This document shows, piece by piece, positions 30,115 through 40,848 of a stretch of DNA of 58,717 bases. Positions within the stretch are counted from its first letter, which is position 1. Each line of letters starts with the position of its first letter. This stretch comes from an uncultured Tannerella sp. Its GTDB lineage: Bacteria; Bacteroidota; Bacteroidia; Bacteroidales; Tannerellaceae. The translations under genes were made by a program, and so were the position numbers. The stretch is from assembly GCA_964442765.1 (NCBI GenBank), contig CAYUAK010000230.1:1-58717 (forward strand), given 5' to 3'. The notes under the pieces are model-generated. The model made no database searches. It was given only the letters and a program-made list of their open reading frames with translations, and had not been told where the DNA came from.

Positions 30115-31467
30115 ATGAAAGGATTATTGAAAACAACAGTTTGCGCTTTGCTTATTTTGAATGCCTGTACGACGGGTGATGGATGGGAAAACCTCTTTAA
30201 TGGCAAAGATTTGACAGGGTTTAATTTATTAAACGGGAAAGCTCCTTTTCGGTTTGAAGATGGCGTTCTGATTGGGACATCGGTTATGAACCAGCCAAAC
30301 AGCTTTTTAGCGACGGAGGTTGATTACGGTGATTTTATTCTTGAGTTTGATGCCTGGTGCGACCCGTCGCTCAATTCGGGCGTTCAGTTTCGCAGCGAGA
30401 GCAGGCCGGATTATCAGAATGGCCGCGTACATGGTTATCAGTGTGAGATGGACCCGTCGGACCGTGCCTGGAGCGGAGGTATTTATGACGAAGGGCGACG
30501 GGGGTGGTTAGTTACTTTGCAGGGACATGGATTGGGACAGGCAGCCTATAAAAAGGACGATTGGAACCATTATCGGATAGAAGCCTTCGGCGATACGATA
30601 CGCATTTGGCTGAACGGGGTCAATACTGCGCATTTGCTTGATAACATGACCCTCAAAGGATTTATAGCCTTTCAGGTTCATTCGATAGGCCGCAATCAAG
30701 CCCAGGAGGGAAAAGAAATAAAATGGAAAAATATCCGTATCCTGACCAAAGACATCCGCAAGCGCTTGATGGAAGGGACATTGATACCCGAAGTGAACCG
30801 GCTGCCTAACCGTCTTTCTTCGTATGAGATAGCCCTCGGATGGAAGCTATTGTTTAATGGTCGTACCTCTGCCGGTTGGCGTGGTGCACAGAAAGAAGCG
30901 TTTCCCGAGAGAGGATGGAAAGCAGGTAACGGCGAGCTATCCAATGTTGCATCCGGAGGCGGCGATATTGTGACGATGGAACAGTTTTCGGCCTTTGAAC
31001 TAAGTGTAGAATTTAAGTTTGCCCAGGGCGCCAATAGCGGCATCAAATATTTCGTGACAGAAGCCCCGAAACAGCAAGGCGCTTTTGGCCTTGAATATCA
31101 GATTATAGATGACGTCAATCACCCAGCAGCCCGAAATCCCGCCACTTTTGACCCCAGACAGCGGTGCGCCGCGTTGTACGATTTAATCCGCCCGCAGAAC
31201 GTCCGGTTAAATGGCCCAGGTATTTGGAACTTGGCAGTAATCAAAGTGTTTCCTAATAATCATGTAGAGCATTGGTTGAATGGGTTCAAGACAGTAGAAT
31301 ACGAGAGAGGCTCGGAGGCATTTCGCGAATTAGTGAAAAACAGCAAATTCGCCGGCAAAGAGTACAATGTGTTAGGCCGTTTCGGCGAAGCGCCCCAAGG
31401 TCATATCCTTTTGCAGGACCATGGCGATGCCGTTTCGTTCCGCAGCATTAAAATCAAAGCGTTATGA
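30115..31467 (+). CDS. Tandem DUF1080 (3-keto-disaccharide hydrolase-like) lipoprotein
   Basis: Lipobox LNAC; two WxxLFNG..NSG..GxIxxQxH domains. Confidence 0.9.
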   Translation: MKGLLKTTVCALLILNACTTGDGWENLFNGKDLTGFNLLNGKAPFRFEDGVLIGTSVMNQPNSFLATEVDYGDFILEFDAWCDPSLNSGVQFRSESRPDYQNGRVHGYQCEMDPSDRAWSGGIYDEGRRGWLVTLQGHGLGQAAYKKDDWNHYRIEAFGDTIRIWLNGVNTAHLLDNMTLKGFIAFQVHSIGRNQAQEGKEIKWKNIRILTKDIRKRLMEGTLIPEVNRLPNRLSSYEIALGWKLLFNGRTSAGWRGAQKEAFPERGWKAGNGELSNVASGGGDIVTMEQFSAFELSVEFKFAQGANSGIKYFVTEAPKQQGAFGLEYQIIDDVNHPAARNPATFDPRQRCAALYDLIRPQNVRLNGPGIWNLAVIKVFPNNHVEHWLNGFKTVEYERGSEAFRELVKNSKFAGKEYNVLGRFGEAPQGHILLQDHGDAVSFRSIKIKAL

Positions 31468-31805
31468 GTTACGGTGGACATATAAGCGATATGATAAGGC
31501 GCGATAGCGAAAATCGCGAATTGCGCCGAGGAATGATCCAAAGGCTTAGGGATATACGTTCCGAATCTGTGCTGGGAAAGAAGATTAATTATAAAAAAGT
31601 ATCGCTGTCGAAATTAGAAGAAATAGCCAAACAAAATGAAGAAAAAGAGCGCTTTGACCGGACTGCGACAACGAAAAAGATGATACGGATAGTTAGTGTT
31701 GGCCTTGTTGTGGCCGTTTTTGTCTTTTTTTTCTTGAACTATGCGGTCAATCATTGGGAGTTTTTTGACACTTGCAGAAAAAATTTCTTGCGTTTTTTCT
31801 TGTAA
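31464..31805 (+). CDS. Hypothetical protein with a C-terminal TM segment
   Basis: ATGA overlap with the upstream stop; charged N-terminus and one hydrophobic helix. Confidence 0.6.
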   Translation: MSYGGHISDMIRRDSENRELRRGMIQRLRDIRSESVLGKKINYKKVSLSKLEEIAKQNEEKERFDRTATTKKMIRIVSVGLVVAVFVFFFLNYAVNHWEFFDTCRKNFLRFFL

Positions 31806-31820
31806 GTAAAAAATAAGTAT

Positions 31821-31883
31821 TATCTTTGCGGCCTCTATGAGAGAGGGAGGTTGAAGGGGAGCGGTAAGTTTCCCTTCTTTTTT
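31821..31883 (+). promoter_or_regulatory. nusA operon promoter and terminator-like leader attenuator
   Basis: -7 box TATCTTTG at 31821-31828; hairpin GAAGGGGAGC-GGTAA-GTTTCCCTTC followed by T6. Confidence 0.7.
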
Positions 31884-31922
31884 AAAATATAAAAGTATAA
31901 TTTATAAAGATATAGTAATAAA

Positions 31923-33200
31923 ATGGCGAGGAGAAAAGGAGAATCAATCAGTATGATTGACACTTTAGCGGAGTTTAAGGAGCTGAAGAACATTGATAAA
32001 GAAACGATGATCAATGTATTGGAAGAATCCTTCCGCAGTGTTATTGCTAAGATGTTCGACACTGACGAGAATTATGATGTGATTATCAACCCGGAGAAAG
32101 GCGACTTTGAAATATGGCGAAACCGGACGGTAGTTCCTGATGGAAGTTTGTTTGATCCCAATCTGGAGGTGCCTCTCAGCGAAGCACGTGAAATGGACCC
32201 GGATTGCGAAGTGGGCGAAGAAGTGACCGATGAGGTCTATTTTGAAAATTTTGGTCGTCGCGCAATCTTGAACCTTCGTCAGACGCTGGCATCGAAAATT
32301 TTGGAGCTTCAGAAAGACAGTCTTTTCTCCCGTTACAAAGAGCTGGTAGGCACCATTATTTCGGCTGAGGTGTATCAGATATGGAAAAAGGAAATCCTGT
32401 TATTGGATGACGACGGGAACGACCTGATACTGTCGAAATCTGACCAGATACCTACGGATTTTTTCCGCAAGGGTGAGACGGTTCGCGCCATTATCAAAGA
32501 GGTTACCAATGTCAATAACAACCCGAAGATAACCCTGTCGCGCACCAGTAACCTGTTCTTAAAGCGTTTGTTTGAACTCGAAGTACCCGAAATAAATGAC
32601 GGATTGATAACGATTAAGTCGATTGCACGTATTCCCGGCGACCGTGCAAAAATTGCCGTCGAATCGTATGACGACCGTATTGACCCTGTCGGGGCTTGTG
32701 TGGGCATGAAAGGCTCCCGTATACGGGGTATCGTTCACGAGCTGCGAAACGAAAATATTGATGTCATTAATTATACTTCAAACATAGCGCTATTTATCCA
32801 GCGCGCTTTAAGTCCAGCGAAGATATCTTCTATCCGTATCAATGAAGAGGAAAAAAGCGCGGAGGTTTTTCTGCGCCCCGAAGAAGTCTCGCTCGCCATT
32901 GGCAAGGGAGGAATGAATATCAAATTAGCTTGTATGCTAACAGATTACAAGATAGATGTGTTCCGCGATATTGAAGATGCCGACGAAGAAGATATTTATT
33001 TGGATGAGTTTTCGGACGAAATCGATTCTTGGGTTATTGACGCCTTGAAGGTCTTAGGCCTTAACACAGCTAAAAGCGTTTTGGGGTTGTCGCCTGAAGA
33101 AATCATGGAACGCGCCGACTTAGAAGAGCAGACTGTAAAAGAACTGTTCCGCGTCCTATCGGCCGAGTTTGAAGAAGAGGAGGATAATAATTATAATTAA
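31923..33200 (+). CDS. nusA: Transcription factor NusA
   Basis: LFELEVPEI, ARIPGDRAKIAV, DPVGACVGMKGSRI, SLAIGKGGMN. Confidence 0.98.
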   Translation: MARRKGESISMIDTLAEFKELKNIDKETMINVLEESFRSVIAKMFDTDENYDVIINPEKGDFEIWRNRTVVPDGSLFDPNLEVPLSEAREMDPDCEVGEEVTDEVYFENFGRRAILNLRQTLASKILELQKDSLFSRYKELVGTIISAEVYQIWKKEILLLDDDGNDLILSKSDQIPTDFFRKGETVRAIIKEVTNVNNNPKITLSRTSNLFLKRLFELEVPEINDGLITIKSIARIPGDRAKIAVESYDDRIDPVGACVGMKGSRIRGIVHELRNENIDVINYTSNIALFIQRALSPAKISSIRINEEEKSAEVFLRPEEVSLAIGKGGMNIKLACMLTDYKIDVFRDIEDADEEDIYLDEFSDEIDSWVIDALKVLGLNTAKSVLGLSPEEIMERADLEEQTVKELFRVLSAEFEEEEDNNYN

Positions 33201-33203
33201 TTT

Positions 33204-33325
33204 CCCCTTTGAACGTTCCTTTGAAAATGAATCAATGTGTCTCTTTGTTTCACTTCGTAAAACGACATAATTATTTGCTACACTAAGGAAAGTTCCGAAG
33301 GGAAGAAATTGAAGCAGAGGGATGT
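33204..33325 (+). repeat. REP-like element, copy 4, split by a ~96-nt insertion
   Basis: CCCCTTTGAA [33214-33309] TGAAGCAGAGGGATGT (degenerate right half). Confidence 0.75.
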
Positions 33326-33370
33326 AAAGAATGGAGAGTTTATAAAATCAAGAATATAGATTAATAATAA

Positions 33371-36300
33371 ATGCCTGTAAAATTAAACAAAGTAATAAAA
33401 GATTTGAATGTTGGTCTAACCACAGTAGTCGAATACTTAAATAAAAAAGGCTATGGGGTCGAAAGTAATCCTAATGTAAAGGTTTCGGACGAACAGTATG
33501 ACTTACTTGTAAAAGAGTTTAGTCGGTCGAGTACGCCTTTCAAGGAAAAGAAAGTCTTTAAGCCTTTTGTTCGAGAACCTGAAGTTAAAGACAAACCTAA
33601 GCCGCAAGAAATACAAACCGTCGTTTTAGACGACATCAAGCCTCGTTTTATAGTCAAAGGGAAGATCGACCTTGAAACGCAGTATAAACCTCAACCTTCC
33701 TATTATAGACAGGACAAGTTTTCACCCGGAAAAAATATTTCATCAACACCCATGAAGCCTGTCACGCCAGCAGTTGAAAAAGAACAGCCAAAGCAGGAAC
33801 CTGTTATTGAAAAAGTGGAGGAACAAAAAGTCGAAAAGGTTGAAACACAAGCGCCGTCTCTGCCGGCAGATGTCACAATCCCGACGCCGCAAATAATTCC
33901 TGTACCACAAAAAGAAGAGCTAAAGCCCATTCAAACGATACAACCGGAGAATACCGAACCAAAACAGCCCGAAGCCAAACAACCGATACAGCCGGAAATG
34001 AAGCAAACGATGGAAGCTAAGCAACCGACACAACCCAAACAACCGGAAGCTAAGCATCCGATACGTCCGGAAATGAAACAACAGAAACAGCCGGAATTTA
34101 AACGCCCCCAACACCCGGAGGCTAAACAGCAAAGGGAATCAGATACCAGACCCAAACCCAAATTCGATGATAGAAAAGGCCGAGAGCCGAGACTTGGAAG
34201 CAGACCATCCGACGGTTCGGCTCCGGTTGTAAAAAGTGATACATCTAAAGACCAACCGTTTCGATTACATAAACCGCCGACAGAGCCTAACCTGAAAGTG
34301 AAAGGAAAAATCGACTTAGGCGCTATCAACCAGGCAACAAGCCCTAAAAAGAAAACAAAAGAAGAAAAAAGAAAGGAACGGGATGACCGTCGTGATAAAT
34401 CCATACCGCCACGTAAACCCCAAACCCAGCCATCTGTCAAACCACCCGACCGTAGTCTGCCCGCTGACCGTCAGGGAAATAAACTGAAACGCAAACGTAT
34501 CCGGAAAGATCGTGTAGATATTTCAAGTACGCAGGGTACCAATGTGCGTCGTGATGACCGTATCAAACAGGTGCGTCCGAAACGCCCGATTCGTGTGGAA
34601 GTAAACGAAGAAGATGTACAAAAGCAAGTAAAGGAAACGCTGGCGCGCCTGACAAGTAAGAACACGAAGGGTAAAGCAGCCAAATATCGACGTGAAAAAC
34701 GGGATGCAGCGGCGCACAGGGAACAGGAAATGATCGAAGTCGAGAAACGTGCAAGTAAAGTACTGAAACTGACGGAGTTCGTGACAGCTAACGACTTGGC
34801 CAATATGATGAATATCCCAGTTATTAAAGTCATCTCAACATGCATGAGTATCGGTATTATGGTTTCTATCAACCAGCGTTTAGATGCGGAAACCATCAAT
34901 ATTGTAGCCGACGAATTTGGGTTTGCAACCGAATATGTCAGCGCCGATGTAGTAGAAGCGATAACCGAAGTGGAAGATAAAGCCGAAGACTTATTGCCCC
35001 GTCCGCCCATTGTAACGGTGATGGGTCATGTCGACCACGGTAAAACCTCTTTGCTTGATAATATACGCAAGACCAATGTGATAGCAGGCGAAGCCGGAGG
35101 TATTACGCAGCATATTGGCGCCTATAACGTAGAGTTACCCGACGGAAGGAGGATCACTTTCTTAGATACACCCGGACACGAAGCGTTTACTGCTATGCGC
35201 GCCCGCGGCGCACAAGTGACTGATATTGCAATCATTATCGTTGCAGCCGACGATAATGTGATGCCGCAGACGGTCGAAGCTATCAACCACGCTTCAGTTG
35301 CAGGCGTCCCTATTGTTTTTGCTATCAACAAGATAGACAAACCGTATGCTACACCTGAAAAAATAAAAGAAGAATTGGCGCAGATGAACTACTTAGTCGA
35401 AGACTGGGGCGGTAAATATCAAAGCCAGGAGATTTCGGCCAAACAGGGTACAGGCGTCCCCGACCTGCTCGAAAAAGTGTTGTTAGAAGCTGATATGCTC
35501 GAACTGAAAGCCAACCCGAATCGTCGTGCGACCGGCTCGGTCATAGAATCATCGTTAGATAAAGGACGTGGATATATTTGTACGGTTTTAGTCGGTAACG
35601 GCACCCTGAAACAGGGCGACATCGTATTAGCCGGGACGCATTACGGGCGCATCAAAGCGATGTTTAACGAGCGTAACCAGCGAATAGAAAAAGCCGGCCC
35701 CTCAGCGCCGGCTATCTTACTCGGATTAGATGGCGCACCCCAAGCCGGCGATTTGTTTAACGTTTTAGAAACAGAGCAAGAAGCGCGTGAGATAGCAACA
35801 CGTCGCGAACAGTTACAACGCGAACTAGGGCTTCGTACCCAGAAACGCTTTGGATTGGAAGAACTCGGTCGTCGTCGCGCTTTGGGTAATTTCCACGAAC
35901 TGAACCTGATAGTAAAAGGCGATGTGGATGGCTCGGTCGAAGCGCTGTCGGATTCGTTGATCAAACTATCAACCGAAGAGATACAGGTTAATGTTATCCA
36001 TAAAGCAGTTGGACAGATTTCTGAATCGGATATTTCGTTAGCGGCTACCGCCGATGCTGTAATTATCGGATTCCAAGTACGACCCTCATCGCAAGCCCGT
36101 CGTACAGCCGAGATAGAAGGTGTGGAAATACGCTTATATTCAATCATCTATGATGCTATCAACGAAGTAAAGGATGCTATGGAAGGCCTCTTATCGCCCG
36201 AAATACGGGAAGATATTAACGGAGAAGTAGAAGTTCAGCAGGTATTTAAGATATCGAAAGTAGGGACCATAGCCGGATGTATCGTTAAGGAAGGTAAGAT

Positions 36301-36505
36301 CAAACGGACCAATAGAGTGCGGGTTGTGCGCAATGGTATCGTTGTTCATACAGGCGAGTTAAGCTCGTTGAAACGATTCAAAGATGAAGTGAAAGAAGCC
36401 GTTACCGGTCAAGATTGCGGTATCTATATCAATAATTATCACGACATTCAAATAGGCGATATCATCGAACCGTTTGACCAGGTCGAGATAAAGAAAACGC
36501 TCTAA
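33371..36505 (+). CDS. infB: Translation initiation factor IF-2
   Basis: [20 protein letters not shown]; long Pro/Gln-rich N-terminal region. Confidence 0.98.
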   Translation: MPVKLNKVIKDLNVGLTTVVEYLNKKGYGVESNPNVKVSDEQYDLLVKEFSRSSTPFKEKKVFKPFVREPEVKDKPKPQEIQTVVLDDIKPRFIVKGKIDLETQYKPQPSYYRQDKFSPGKNISSTPMKPVTPAVEKEQPKQEPVIEKVEEQKVEKVETQAPSLPADVTIPTPQIIPVPQKEELKPIQTIQPENTEPKQPEAKQPIQPEMKQTMEAKQPTQPKQPEAKHPIRPEMKQQKQPEFKRPQHPEAKQQRESDTRPKPKFDDRKGREPRLGSRPSDGSAPVVKSDTSKDQPFRLHKPPTEPNLKVKGKIDLGAINQATSPKKKTKEEKRKERDDRRDKSIPPRKPQTQPSVKPPDRSLPADRQGNKLKRKRIRKDRVDISSTQGTNVRRDDRIKQVRPKRPIRVEVNEEDVQKQVKETLARLTSKNTKGKAAKYRREKRDAAAHREQEMIEVEKRASKVLKLTEFVTANDLANMMNIPVIKVISTCMSIGIMVSINQRLDAETINIVADEFGFATEYVSADVVEAITEVEDKAEDLLPRPPIVTVMGHVDHGKTSLLDNIRKTNVIAGEAGGITQHIGAYNVELPDGRRITFLDTPGHEAFTAMRARGAQVTDIAIIIVAADDNVMPQTVEAINHASVAGVPIVFAINKIDKPYATPEKIKEELAQMNYLVEDWGGKYQSQEISAKQGTGVPDLLEKVLLEADMLELKANPNRRATGSVIESSLDKGRGYICTVLVGNGTLKQGDIVLAGTHYGRIKAMFNERNQRIEKAGPSAPAILLGLDGAPQAGDLFNVLETEQEAREIATRREQLQRELGLRTQKRFGLEELGRRRALGNFHELNLIVKGDVDGSVEALSDSLIKLSTEEIQVNVIHKAVGQISESDISLAATADAVIIGFQVRPSSQARRTAEIEGVEIRLYSIIYDAINEVKDAMEGLLSPEIREDINGEVEVQQVFKISKVGTIAGCIVKEGKIKRTNRVRVVRNGIVVHTGELSSLKRFKDEVKEAVTGQDCGIYINNYHDIQIGDIIEPFDQVEIKKTL

Positions 36506-36508
36506 ACT

Positions 36509-36586
36509 CCCCCTTTGAACGTTCCTCTAAAAAATCGTTCAATGTGTCTCTTTCACGAAGTGGAAGAAATGGGGGCAGGGGGATGT
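36509..36586 (+). repeat. REP-like element, copy 5, split by a 51-nt insertion
   Basis: CCCCCTTTGAA [36520-36570] GGGGGCAGGGGGATGT. Confidence 0.85.
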
Positions 36587-36671
36587 TCTCTAATGATAAA
36601 CGGCTAAAGTTTAGTTTATAATTCGTAATTTTTTCACTTCGTAAAAAGAACTTCGTAATTCGTTATTGATT

Positions 36672-37196
36672 ATGTGCTGGTTAGATATTGTTATTTTGAT
36701 TCTTTGTGCTGCCGGATTAGTAAAGGGGTTGCACGATGGACTTGTTAAACAGTTGGTAGCAATCGTCGCTTTGATTGTAGGTATCTATTTATGTTCTGGA
36801 GTTGCTACCTGGTTATACGGTCATATTGTTCAATGGGATTGGTTCCCGCAAAAAGGAGGCTTGTTAATAAGTTATCTGTTAGGGTTTATTTTGATTGTCG
36901 GCATTATCGTAACGGCCGGTAATATCGTTCATCGACTGATAGACGCAACTCCTTTAAGCATTATCAACCATCTCTTTGGCGGAATTGTAGGACTTGTATT
37001 TATCATAATCATTATCAGCTTCCTGCTAAACCTGGTTGAGGTGTTTGATATTGACTCCATCATTCTCTCACAAGAAATTAAAGAAGCGTCTCGTTTCTAT
37101 AGTATAATAAAAAACATCATTCCGGAAATTTTCCCCGGCAATATCTTCGATATTAAAAATGAATTTTTCGTGTCATGGATGCACAGGACCCTATAA
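36672..37196 (+). CDS. CvpA (colicin V production) family membrane protein
   Basis: [30 protein letters not shown]; usual position between infB and sufB. Confidence 0.88.
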   Translation: MCWLDIVILILCAAGLVKGLHDGLVKQLVAIVALIVGIYLCSGVATWLYGHIVQWDWFPQKGGLLISYLLGFILIVGIIVTAGNIVHRLIDATPLSIINHLFGGIVGLVFIIIIISFLLNLVEVFDIDSIILSQEIKEASRFYSIIKNIIPEIFPGNIFDIKNEFFVSWMHRTL

Positions 37197-38620
37197 TAAA
37201 TGATTTAACTACCGGTGAGTATAAATACGGGTTCACGACCGATGTTGAGACGGAAGTTATTCGGAAAGGATTGGATGAGAGCATTATAAAGACTATTTCT
37301 TTGAAGAAAGAAGAACCGGCCTGGTTGCTGGATTTCCGTCTGAATGCTTATCGGTACTGGCAGACCATGAAGATGCCCACCTGGCCGCATCTAACTATTC
37401 CTTCGATTGATTATCAGGATATTATTTACTATGCCGCTCCGCTTAAAAAAGAGGGTGCGAAAAACCTTGAGGAGGTCGACCCTGAGCTATTAAAGACTTT
37501 TGATAAGTTAGGCATCCCCCTTACTGAGCAAAAAATGCTGAGTGGCATGGCAGTAGATGCAGTGATGGACAGCGTCTCGGTTAAGACGACTTACAAGGAT
37601 ACGCTGGCCGAAAAAGGAATTATTTTTTGTTCCTTCAGCGATGCGGTCAAACACCATCCCGACTTGGTTCGCAAATATCTCGGTACCGTTGTCGGTTACC
37701 GCGATAACTTTTTTGCTGCGCTCAACACGGCTGTCTTTTCCGACGGTTCTTTTGCCTATATCCCCAAAGGGGTGCGTTGTCCAATGGAGCTAAGCACCTA
37801 TTTCCGTATCAATGCGGCTAATACGGGGCAGTTTGAACGGACACTGATTGTCGCCGAAGACGAAGCTTACGTCAGCTATTTAGAGGGATGCACAGCGCCC
37901 CGGCGCGATGCGAACCAGCTTCATGCGGCTATTGTGGAAATTATCGCCGGCGAACATGCGGAGGTCAAGTATTCAACCGTCCAGAACTGGTATCCGGGCG
38001 ATAAAAACGGTAAAGGGGGCATCTATAATTTTGTTACCAAAAGGGGGCTGTGTAAAGGCGAAGGAAGTAAAATATCATGGACACAGGTAGAGACCGGCTC
38101 TGCTATCACGTGGAAATATCCGTCGTGCATCTTAGCCGGGGATAACTCTATTGGAGAATTTTATTCGGTAGCCGTAACTAATAACTACCAACAGGCTGAT
38201 ACAGGGACAAAAATGATTCATTTAGGTCGCAATACGCGCAGCACGATTGTGTCGAAAGGCATCTCGGCCGGCCACAGTCAAAACAGCTATCGCGGATTAG
38301 TGAAGATAGCGCCCCGTGCCGAAAATGCGCGTAACCACAGTCAGTGTGATAGCTTATTACTTAGCGCTACCTGTGGTGCACATACGTTCCCATACGCCGA
38401 CATCCAAAACGAGACGGCTATCGTTGAGCACGAAGCAACGACCTCGAAGATTAACGAAGAGCAGTTATTTTATTGCAACCAGCGTGGCATCGATTCCGAA
38501 AAGGCTGTTAGCTTGATAGTGAGTGGATACACCCGTGAGGTAATGAACAAGCTTCCGATGGAATTTGCTGTCGAAGCCCAAAAACTGTTAGCCATCTCCT
38601 TAGAAGGAAGCGTTGGCTAA
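37175..38620 (+). CDS. sufB: Fe-S cluster assembly protein SufB
   Basis: [43 protein letters not shown]. Confidence 0.98.
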   Translation: MDAQDPIINDLTTGEYKYGFTTDVETEVIRKGLDESIIKTISLKKEEPAWLLDFRLNAYRYWQTMKMPTWPHLTIPSIDYQDIIYYAAPLKKEGAKNLEEVDPELLKTFDKLGIPLTEQKMLSGMAVDAVMDSVSVKTTYKDTLAEKGIIFCSFSDAVKHHPDLVRKYLGTVVGYRDNFFAALNTAVFSDGSFAYIPKGVRCPMELSTYFRINAANTGQFERTLIVAEDEAYVSYLEGCTAPRRDANQLHAAIVEIIAGEHAEVKYSTVQNWYPGDKNGKGGIYNFVTKRGLCKGEGSKISWTQVETGSAITWKYPSCILAGDNSIGEFYSVAVTNNYQQADTGTKMIHLGRNTRSTIVSKGISAGHSQNSYRGLVKIAPRAENARNHSQCDSLLLSATCGAHTFPYADIQNETAIVEHEATTSKINEEQLFYCNQRGIDSEKAVSLIVSGYTREVMNKLPMEFAVEAQKLLAISLEGSVG

Positions 38621-38623
38621 ACT

Positions 38624-38632
38624 CCCCCTTTG
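38624..38632 (+). repeat. Left half of the REP-like element
   Basis: TAA-ACT-CCCCCTTTG, the same junction as after infB (TAA-ACT-CCCCCTTTGAA). Confidence 0.55.
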
Positions 38633-38657
38633 CAAATGCTTCTGAATTTAAAAAAAT

Positions 38658-39410
38658 ATGAGCAACCTATTAGAAATAAAAAATTTACATGCCTCGGTCA
38701 ACGGCAAGGAGATATTAAAAGGCATAGATATGACCGTTTGTCCTGGCGAGGTTCATGCCATCATGGGGCCAAACGGTTCCGGGAAAAGTACGCTTAGCAA
38801 CGTCTTAGCAGGCCATCCCGCTTTTACAGTAACCAAAGGGTCGGTCATCTACAAAGGGAAAAACTTATTAGAGATGAAGCCCGAAGAGCGCAGTCACGAC
38901 GGCATTTTCCTTAGCTTCCAATATCCGGTAGAGATACCCGGCGTCAGCATGGTCAATTTTATGCGTGCAGCCGTCAATGCCCATCGCGAAAAGCGAGGGG
39001 ATGAACCTGTGTCCGCAACGGATTTCCTGAAGATGATGCGCGAAAAGCGCGAGTTAGTCGAGATGGACAGCAAACTGACAGGGCGCAGTGTGAACGAAGG
39101 TTTTTCCGGAGGGGAAAAAAAACGTAATGAGATATTCCAGATGGCGATGCTTAATCCCACGTTATCAGTCCTCGATGAGACCGACAGCGGACTTGATATC
39201 GACGCTCTACGGGTAGTCGCTAACGGCGTCAATAAACTCAAAACGCCCGATAATGCCACTATCGTTATCACACATTATCAGCGACTGCTCGATTATATCA
39301 AACCGGATATTGTTCATGTCCTGTACAAAGGGCAGATAGTCAAGACAGCCGGCCCCGAACTGGCGCTCGAACTCGAAGCCAAAGGCTATGAATGGGTAAA
39401 TAATGATTAA
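38658..39410 (+). CDS. sufC: Fe-S cluster assembly ATPase SufC
   Basis: GPNGSGKST, FSGGEKKRNE, LDETDSGLDID, ITHYQRLL. Confidence 0.98.
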   Translation: MSNLLEIKNLHASVNGKEILKGIDMTVCPGEVHAIMGPNGSGKSTLSNVLAGHPAFTVTKGSVIYKGKNLLEMKPEERSHDGIFLSFQYPVEIPGVSMVNFMRAAVNAHREKRGDEPVSATDFLKMMREKRELVEMDSKLTGRSVNEGFSGGEKKRNEIFQMAMLNPTLSVLDETDSGLDIDALRVVANGVNKLKTPDNATIVITHYQRLLDYIKPDIVHVLYKGQIVKTAGPELALELEAKGYEWVNND

Positions 39411-39477
39411 TGATTAGTGGTTAATGGTTGTTTTCTTGCATACTAATTGCTGAAACCTAAAAACTGAAACCTACATA
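39401..39477 (+). repeat. Two-block heptamer array at the sufC-sufD junction
   Basis: TAATGAT TAATGAT TAGTGGT TAATGGT ... CTGAAAC CTAAAAA CTGAAAC CTACATA; overlaps the sufC stop. Confidence 0.75.
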
Positions 39478-39479
39478 TT

Positions 39480-40823
39480 ATGAGCGCAGAGAAACAATAT
39501 ATTGAACTGTATGCACAATTTGAAGACGTGATAAGACATCATGCGCCGGAGGGCATGAACGTCTTACGCGCCGGGGCGTATGACGATTTTAAGCGCAACG
39601 GCTTTCCAACCCTAAAAGCTGAAAATTACCGTTATACAGATGTATCAAAAATTTTTACGCCCGACTATGGTCTTAACCTGAACCGTTTTAAAACCCGCAT
39701 AGACCCCGCGGAGGTCTTTCGTTGCGACGTCCCAAATATGAGTACCCAATTGTATTTCGTTGTCAACGATTCATTTTATGAAGAGGTTCAGCCCGTACCC
39801 TTGTTACCTGAAGGGGTTTATGCTGGAGGGATGAAGACTTTTGCAGACCGTTATCCGGATATTTTTTCCGCGTATTACGGCCAAATAGCGCAAACATCCA
39901 ACGACACCGTAGCTATGCTCAATACAATGTTAGTCCAAGATGGTTTCGTTTTGTATGTACCCATCGATGTAAAAATAGATAAGGCAATACAATTGGTGAA
40001 TGTAGTCCGCAGCCATATCAATATAATGGTTAACCGCCGTATTTTGGTTATCATGGAGCCACGCTCGGAAGCGCGACTGTTAGTTTGTGACCATAGCATG
40101 GACCGAATTAGTAGCCTGACAACCCAAGTCGTTGAGGTTTTTGCCGGTGAGGGCGCATATTTCGACTATTATGACTTAGAAGAGAGTACGCAGCAAACGA
40201 AACGCTTTTCGTCTTTATTTGTTGAACAAGCGGCTTCCTCGAATGTGCTGGTGGATGGCGTCACATTAAACAACGGATTAACCCGTAACAACTATCATTT
40301 CATGCTCAAGGGCGAGGGGGCATCAACGACACTTTGCGGTATGGCTATTCAGGATAACAGCCAGCAGGTCGACACCTATACCCACATCACACACGACGCT
40401 CCCCGATGCAAGAGTACGCAATTATTTAAAAATGTGTTGGATGACCGTTCTGTGGGTATCTTCAGCGGGCGAATCCAAGTGAAACAGGACGCACAAAAAA
40501 CAGAGGCCCTTCAAACAAATCGTAATTTGTGTAAGACGACCGAAGCGCGTATGTACAGCAAGCCGCAACTCGAAATCTATGCCGACGACGTAAAATGTTC
40601 GCACGGAATGACAACCGGACAGTTAGACGAACAGGCCATGTTTTACATGCAAACACGGGGTATCCCCTACGAAGAAGCCCGTACAATGCTCAGCGTAGCA
40701 TTCCTTTCGGAGGTGATAGCCAACGTAAGGCTATCACCCCTGAAAGACCGCTTACAGTATCTAGTCGAAAAACGTTTCCGCGGCGAACTCGCCCAGTGCG
40801 CCGGCTGCAGCATCTGCAAGTAA
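39480..40823 (+). CDS. sufD: Fe-S cluster assembly protein SufD
   Basis: ENYRYT, KPQLEIYADDVKCSHG, FYMQTRGI. Confidence 0.96.
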   Translation: MSAEKQYIELYAQFEDVIRHHAPEGMNVLRAGAYDDFKRNGFPTLKAENYRYTDVSKIFTPDYGLNLNRFKTRIDPAEVFRCDVPNMSTQLYFVVNDSFYEEVQPVPLLPEGVYAGGMKTFADRYPDIFSAYYGQIAQTSNDTVAMLNTMLVQDGFVLYVPIDVKIDKAIQLVNVVRSHINIMVNRRILVIMEPRSEARLLVCDHSMDRISSLTTQVVEVFAGEGAYFDYYDLEESTQQTKRFSSLFVEQAASSNVLVDGVTLNNGLTRNNYHFMLKGEGASTTLCGMAIQDNSQQVDTYTHITHDAPRCKSTQLFKNVLDDRSVGIFSGRIQVKQDAQKTEALQTNRNLCKTTEARMYSKPQLEIYADDVKCSHGMTTGQLDEQAMFYMQTRGIPYEEARTMLSVAFLSEVIANVRLSPLKDRLQYLVEKRFRGELAQCAGCSICK

Positions 40824-40848
40824 GAGGATCGTACTAATTAACCATACC

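Noticed and set aside
24946-36147. Long antisense ORFs (e.g. 24946-25644, 27794-28576, 33931-35010, 35641-36147)
   Set aside because: They lie opposite well-conserved genes and reflect codon bias, with no independent motifs.
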